In this document: positions 59,166 to 64,000 of the stretch, piece after piece
Layout of the letters: every line of letters starts with the position of its first letter
How positions within the stretch are numbered: position 1 is the first letter of the stretch
Notes under the pieces: generated by a model
Database searches by the model: none
Told to the model about the DNA's origin: nothing
What the model saw: the letters and a program-made list of their open reading frames with translations, nothing else
DNA from: Spirochaetales bacterium
GTDB lineage: Bacteria; Spirochaetota; JAAYUW01
NCBI GenBank assembly: GCA_012797605.1
Contig: JAAZOT010000012.1
Location: forward strand, 40,293 to 104,292
Length of the DNA stretch: 64,000 bases
Direction: 5' to 3'
Translations under genes and position numbers: made by a program

Positions 59166-60686
59166 TTATCTTTTATATTTATCTTCAACTCTTATTATAT
59201 CATCCTCAGATAAAGTTTTACCCATTTGAACTTCTAAAAAGATGATATCAAAATCCATAGAAGCAATAATTTGATGTTTTACATTTTTTGGAATATAAAA
59301 CTGCATCCCTTTTTCTGCTATAGATCTTTTATCTTCAATGATAATTTCCCCTTTCCCTTCGATTATCGTCCAATATTCTTCTCTATAGTGATGAAGTTGA
59401 AGTGAAATTTGTTCTCCTTTATTTACTTTAATAATCTTTACTTTAAATTCATTTTCCTTTTCATATAGATTTTTATAATATCCCCAGGGTTTTAGTACTG
59501 TTTTATGAAATTTAACAATATTTCTTCTTGCTATATCTTTTTCAATCCAGTTATAAAAATTTTCAACCTGATTTGATTTACCTTTTTTAACAATTAATAA
59601 AACATCTTCAGTATCTATTACTTTACAATCATCATAACCTATTATACCATAAATTTTGTCCGCTAAGCCTATAATTTTATTTTCACTTGTTTTATTTACA
59701 TCACTTTTATCTTCTTCTATTTTGTATTCACCTATTTTGTTTTTTCCTATATTGTCTTTTTCAATTTTGTTTTTTCCTTCAGATATATTTTTCTTTTCAG
59801 AATATTCAAAAAAGGGATGTTTTTTCATCTTCGTTGGGATTCCAAAATCAGAGGAAAAAGTAGAAGGTATTTTATTTGTTAATGAATCAATATTCCCAAG
59901 ATCATCCCAATCAAATTCTCCTTTTATTACTTTAAGTTTATCCGTTTTTTCTATTACGGCATAGTCTATTGAAATAGATGGGAATTTTTCATAAATCTTC
60001 TCAATTTCAGTGTCCGGGGAAAAAAAATCTTCTATTTTTTTATTTTTTAGATCAATTTTTTTGTGAATTTCTTCTCCAACTTCATAAATCTCTCTGCAAA
60101 ACTTTTGAATTTCTTGTTGCATAACCTTCTTTTTAAAAATAAATATACCACTATTATATAAAAATCTTTTTGATTCAAAATACTTTTTTGCAAGCTCAAA
60201 ACTTGGTTTTTCTTTGAAAGAAATGACATTGTTATTTTCATATTCAATATAGCCAAATCTTGTCTCTATAGTTTTAGGTTCTATTCCTATTAAAACTATT
60301 GAGTCATCGACGAAATCTAATGCTTTTTTTATACAATTCTGAAATGAATATAGATCTTCTATCAAATGATCAACAGGGAATACACCACAAATCTCTTCAT
60401 CTTCGAAAAATTGAAGTGCATATTCAATTGAAGCTGCTGTATTTTTGGAAATTGGCTCGAAAATTGTCTTAAAACTTAAATTAAGATCTTTATTAAAATG
60501 ATACAAAAAGCTATATGAATTTTTATTTGTTAAAATATAGATATCATCACTGCTATTAAATCGCTCTATCGTGTTCTGAAGTAAAGATTTCCCATTAAAA
60601 ATAGGAATGTATTGTTTGGGATAATACTCCCTACTTAAAGGGAAAAGTCTTTTACCTTTTCCACCAGAAAGAAGTATCACTTTCAT
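59166..60686 (-). CDS. manC: Mannose-1-phosphate guanylyltransferase / mannose-6-phosphate isomerase-type bifunctional enzyme (ManC/CpsB-like)
   Basis: N-terminus MKVILLSGGKGKRLFPLSREYYPKQY; FGYIEY; C-terminal cupin KPWGYY...LHHYREEYWTIIEGKGEI. Carries a K/N/E-rich insert of about 50 aa (nt ~59673-59831). Confidence 0.85.
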   Translation of the reverse strand: MKVILLSGGKGKRLFPLSREYYPKQYIPIFNGKSLLQNTIERFNSSDDIYILTNKNSYSFLYHFNKDLNLSFKTIFEPISKNTAASIEYALQFFEDEEICGVFPVDHLIEDLYSFQNCIKKALDFVDDSIVLIGIEPKTIETRFGYIEYENNNVISFKEKPSFELAKKYFESKRFLYNSGIFIFKKKVMQQEIQKFCREIYEVGEEIHKKIDLKNKKIEDFFSPDTEIEKIYEKFPSISIDYAVIEKTDKLKVIKGEFDWDDLGNIDSLTNKIPSTFSSDFGIPTKMKKHPFFEYSEKKNISEGKNKIEKDNIGKNKIGEYKIEEDKSDVNKTSENKIIGLADKIYGIIGYDDCKVIDTEDVLLIVKKGKSNQVENFYNWIEKDIARRNIVKFHKTVLKPWGYYKNLYEKENEFKVKIIKVNKGEQISLQLHHYREEYWTIIEGKGEIIIEDKRSIAEKGMQFYIPKNVKHQIIASMDFDIIFLEVQMGKTLSEDDIIRVEDKYKR

Positions 60687-60728
60687 CTTATTAATATCCT
60701 CTTCATATATTGTTTATAATTTCATATA

Positions 60729-62573
60729 TTATTTATAAATTTTTTTTACTAAAAATGCATTGGGCAATTTACCAATAATTCTATAGTCTATTGGAATTAC
60801 TGATTTATCTGGGAAAAATTTAAGATAAATTATTTCAGTATTATTGTCCTTTAATTTTTGTATTTCTGTCTCATCTATAATTAGATTGGTATTTATATTT
60901 ATAAATCTTTTTATGCAATTCAATATCTGTTTTTGTCTGTAAGGGTCTTGCTCAACATAAATATTATCTAAAGAAAAAACATATCTTACATTTGAATTAT
61001 TCAATATTCTAGAAACTTCTTTTTTATAACTGTTTTGATTCCCATCTATTTTAAGTATCTTTCTTATAAAATCATAGTCAAAAAGCGAATGAAATCTTGG
61101 TAAATCAGATTTTCTGTTAAAATCAATAAAATTTATATATAAATTTGGATCATTTTGAATATTTTTCATTTGAAAAAGATCTTTTAAGACAAAGTATTTA
61201 ATCTTTTCATAATAAATCAAAGAAGGAATTAGTCTTACTTTGTTTTCAATGTTAGGATATCTTTCTTGATAAAAATGGGAGACAGTAATATATGGTGCTA
61301 TGATCAGGCAGATTAATATTAAAATAGATAAGATTATGGTTAAATTTGTTCTCTTATTTTTTAATTCAAAAATAATCTTATAGAAGCCAAATCCCAATAT
61401 TATATAAGGAACAGCAAAGAAAATAACTGTATATCTATCTTCATGGACTTGAAGTGAAAGAAGATGAAAGAATAGAATTCCAACCATGAATAGAAGTAGA
61501 TAGTTAATAGGATTAAGTCGACATTTAAAAAACTGTTTAAATGAAAAGTATTTAAAAGATATGAGGAAAGAATATATCGCAATAAAGAAGGATGCTAAAA
61601 TTGGAATAAAACCAATAAAAAATAAACCATAAGCTCTATCTAAAAAATATTTATATTCAAAAAAATAATGACCTGTAAATCTTGAAATATCTAAAGTTAT
61701 AATTAAAAAGGGATTTATTATCATCTTAAGTGTTTCTGGATGAAATTTTAATACACTTTCATGGTGAATATAACTATTTAATATAAAAAATTTTGCATTT
61801 TTATCAAAGATAAAAAAGGGAATCCAGATTAGAATAGAAATCAAAAGACCAAGGATCAAATAAGGGAAATTAACTTTTGGGATTCTTTTTTTTATGACAA
61901 TCATCAAAAAAATTACTGGAATTGCGTATATAATAATCATATGGAAAAAAGGCATGACGGCAATTGTAATTATTAAACCAAAAATATTTTTTGATCTTTC
62001 TTTTATCAAAACATCAAATAAGTATCCAATTAGTAAAGTTGATAAGATAATTATAAAATGAGGGTTCCAATAGCTAACAGTATACTTGATTGACCATGGA
62101 AATACTGCAAATATTAGTGAAATCAATATAGATAAAAAAATGGGGTATTCTACAAGTTTTGATTCCTTTTTTATAGCATACTCTTCTCCAAGGCAGTTGT
62201 ATGAGAAAATCTTTTTTGATAACCAAAAAACAAGGTATATTGATAAGGTTCCAAGAAACACCCAAAAATAATACAATGATTTAACTGTGTTAAAGAATTT
62301 AACCAATAGAAATGCAATTAAAGATAAGTATGGACCAGGAATATATGTAAAAAACCTTGGATGCCCATAGTATCTTAATTGTTGCCCCCATATGTAAGCT
62401 TCGAGTTCGTCAATTTTCGAGTAATGATTTGAACCAAATCCAACAATAACCGCATATAACCTTAATGTAAATCCAATCGCTAGGACAATTAAAAGAAAAA
62501 CCTTATAATTTTGTTCAACTTTTATTGCAAAGTTCTCAATATTTTCCGATAGTTTTTTAAGAATAATTCTCAT
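60729..62573 (-). CDS. GT-C-fold (ArnT/PMT, GT39/GT83-like) polytopic membrane glycosyltransferase
   Basis: At least 12 TM helices. The first extracytoplasmic loop has a DE..Y-type motif (SKIDELEAYIWG). There is a soluble C-terminal domain of about 170 aa. The track start 62597 is TTG; ATG 62573, with AAAGG 8 nt upstream, is preferred. Confidence 0.6.
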   Translation of the reverse strand: MRIILKKLSENIENFAIKVEQNYKVFLLIVLAIGFTLRLYAVIVGFGSNHYSKIDELEAYIWGQQLRYYGHPRFFTYIPGPYLSLIAFLLVKFFNTVKSLYYFWVFLGTLSIYLVFWLSKKIFSYNCLGEEYAIKKESKLVEYPIFLSILISLIFAVFPWSIKYTVSYWNPHFIIILSTLLIGYLFDVLIKERSKNIFGLIITIAVMPFFHMIIIYAIPVIFLMIVIKKRIPKVNFPYLILGLLISILIWIPFFIFDKNAKFFILNSYIHHESVLKFHPETLKMIINPFLIITLDISRFTGHYFFEYKYFLDRAYGLFFIGFIPILASFFIAIYSFLISFKYFSFKQFFKCRLNPINYLLLFMVGILFFHLLSLQVHEDRYTVIFFAVPYIILGFGFYKIIFELKNKRTNLTIILSILILICLIIAPYITVSHFYQERYPNIENKVRLIPSLIYYEKIKYFVLKDLFQMKNIQNDPNLYINFIDFNRKSDLPRFHSLFDYDFIRKILKIDGNQNSYKKEVSRILNNSNVRYVFSLDNIYVEQDPYRQKQILNCIKRFININTNLIIDETEIQKLKDNNTEIIYLKFFPDKSVIPIDYRIIGKLPNAFLVKKIYK

Positions 62574-62592
62574 TCCTAGAACCTTTATTATA

Positions 62593-62626
62593 TTCAATTC
62601 AATTTCAATTCAATTTATTTCAATTT
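62593..62626. repeat. Short TTCAA/TTTCAA microsatellite-like repeat (5 copies) in the ispD-to-GT-C intergenic spacer
   Basis: ttcaa ttcaa tttcaa ttcaa tttatttcaa at 62593-62623. It overlaps the ispD stop codon (62620-62622). Confidence 0.5.
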
Positions 62627-63342
62627 AATATTTGTTTTTCATTTTCCAAAAGGAATCTTGCATATTCTAAATCCTCAAAATTTGTAATCTTAAAAAGATT
62701 TTTACTTCCTTGTACAATTTTTGTTTTAATTTTAGAATATTCATAAACTAAAGAAGTATCATCTGTAAATACTTTTTTTTCTTTTTCATTCATATACCTT
62801 TCATAACAATTTTTTAAAATATCAAATGAAAAAGCTTGAGGTGTTTGAATAAGGTAAGTAAAATTTCTATCTATGTAATTTTCTATATATTCATAACCAT
62901 AACCTATAGTATCAGAAGCATTTATTGCACAGGTAATAGAAGGATATTTATATATTTCAGATAATATGCGATTTATTACTTGTTTCTCTATAAAAGGTCT
63001 TGCGACATCGTGAATTATACAGTGAGTTGTTTCTATTTTATTATTTTTTAAATATAATATAGCATTATAAACCGATTCACTTCTTGAATCCCCCCCACAA
63101 ACATAGGTTATAATTTCATTATTTTCATTCATATTTTTTACTTTTTTTTCATAACCTTCTGGTAAAACTAATAAAATTTTTGAAAATCCATATTGATAAA
63201 AAAAATCAAGGCTATATCTATATATAGGTTTATCATTTAAAATATAAAATTGTTTAAGCTGGTTAATTTCTTTACTAAATCTGGTACTTTTCCCTGCAGC
63301 CATTAAAATGACTGCTATTTTGTCATAAAGATTTTTTGTCAT
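62620..63342 (-). CDS. ispD: 2-C-methyl-D-erythritol 4-phosphate cytidylyltransferase (IspD/TarI family)
   Basis: VILMAAGKSTRF, GGDSRSESV, IIHDVARPF and QTPQAF. Given the flanking glycan genes, a TarI-like (ribitol-5-P) specificity cannot be excluded. Confidence 0.78.
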   Translation of the reverse strand: MTKNLYDKIAVILMAAGKSTRFSKEINQLKQFYILNDKPIYRYSLDFFYQYGFSKILLVLPEGYEKKVKNMNENNEIITYVCGGDSRSESVYNAILYLKNNKIETTHCIIHDVARPFIEKQVINRILSEIYKYPSITCAINASDTIGYGYEYIENYIDRNFTYLIQTPQAFSFDILKNCYERYMNEKEKKVFTDDTSLVYEYSKIKTKIVQGSKNLFKITNFEDLEYARFLLENEKQILN

Positions 63343-63352
63343 AGTTTTTTTA

Positions 63353-64000
63353 TCATTCTATTTCTTTAATTTTATTTACTATCGAAGTTGTTGATTTCCC
63401 TTCAAGATAGTCAATGGTTATAGTCTGTCCAGCATATTCTCTTCCCACAATTTCTTCTACCTTATAATCTGAACCTTTTACTAAAACATCTGGTTTTATA
63501 ATCTCTATCAATTTTTCTGGAGTAGGTTCATCAAAAAGCACTATAAAATCAACAGATTCAATACTTGAGAGTATTTTTGTTCTATCCTGCTGATTTTGAA
63601 TAGGTCTTTTCTCTCCTTTTATTTTTTTTATCGATGAATCAGTATTGACTCCAACAATCAAAACATTACCAAGTTCCTTTGCTTTTTCCAGATAAATAAC
63701 ATGACCTGCATGTAAAATATCAAAACATCCATTTGTAAAGACTATTTTCTTATTTTTCTTTCTTAAATCTTCAATTATAGCTTTAAGGTCATTTAAATTA
63801 ACCAATTTACTTTTTTCTTTTTTTTCAATTATAGAGATAAATTCATCATATCTAATTGGTACGGTTCCAGCTTTTTGTATTACCACAGATGCAGCTTTAT
63901 TTGCCACAAAAACTGATTCTTCAATATCATGACCTAAACTTAACATAAAAGTTATAACAGCTATTACGGTATCTCCAGCTCCGGTAACATCATAGACTTC
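63353..64000 (-). CDS. hldE: Bifunctional D-beta-D-heptose 7-phosphate kinase / heptose 1-phosphate adenylyltransferase; N-terminal part outside window
   Basis: The C-terminal cytidylyltransferase-like domain has VFTNGCFDILHAGHVIYLEKAKELGNVLIVGVNTD. The frame stays open to the window edge and reads ...DVTGAGDTVIAVITFMLSLG (ribokinase-family DxxGAGD motif), so the track's Met at 63946 is internal. Confidence 0.9.
   Translation of the reverse strand, partial: EVYDVTGAGDTVIAVITFMLSLGHDIEESVFVANKAASVVIQKAGTVPIRYDEFISIIEKKEKSKLVNLNDLKAIIEDLRKKNKKIVFTNGCFDILHAGHVIYLEKAKELGNVLIVGVNTDSSIKKIKGEKRPIQNQQDRTKILSSIESVDFIVLFDEPTPEKLIEIIKPDVLVKGSDYKVEEIVGREYAGQTITIDYLEGKSTTSIVNKIKEIE

Overview
This is a very AT-rich, densely coding bacterial chromosome segment with about 58 protein genes (G+C judged by eye, not computed). 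It uses the standard genetic code: TGA terminates recA and ispD. The one taxon-diagnostic gene is a flagellar filament sheath protein FlaA (39826-40779), a spirochaete-specific family. FlaA plus skp-lpxD-lpxA-ruvX-lpxC, hldE, manC and a GT-C glycosyltransferase point to a spirochaete-like diderm that makes lipid A and heptose. Most of the window is housekeeping:
- DNA repair and recombination: recA, mutS2, a DinG-type helicase.
- Translation and RNA modification: rpsA, pheST, gatB, tgt, rlmN, sua5.
- Cofactor and amino-acid metabolism: dapB, folK, panBC, ispD, alr, aconitase, an AspC-type aminotransferase.
- Cell envelope and secretion: ftsY, an amidase.

I recognised no rRNA, tRNA, CRISPR array, transposase, integrase, phage gene or known defence gene, so there is no obvious accessory island. 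The candidates worth a second look are:
1. A co-directional gene run next to flaA. It holds a radical-SAM/SPASM enzyme with a degenerate cytidylyltransferase-like N-domain, an SpsF-type cytidylyltransferase and a PseG-like/zinc-ribbon/methyltransferase fusion. The core nonulosonic-acid enzymes are absent from the window.
2. A DinG/XPD-type Fe-S helicase with an N-terminal RadC-like JAB domain carrying an intact JAMM motif.
3. A GlmL/MutL-like ATPase paired with an alanine-racemase-fold enzyme, with no aminomutase subunits nearby.
4. A GAF sigma54-activator encoded in one apparent operon with a CHASE2 class III nucleotide cyclase.
5. Two unusually long non-coding gaps (about 400 and 560 bp) that contain short direct repeats.

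None of these can be shown to be novel from the sequence alone. Each needs the HMM and neighbourhood searches described in the findings.
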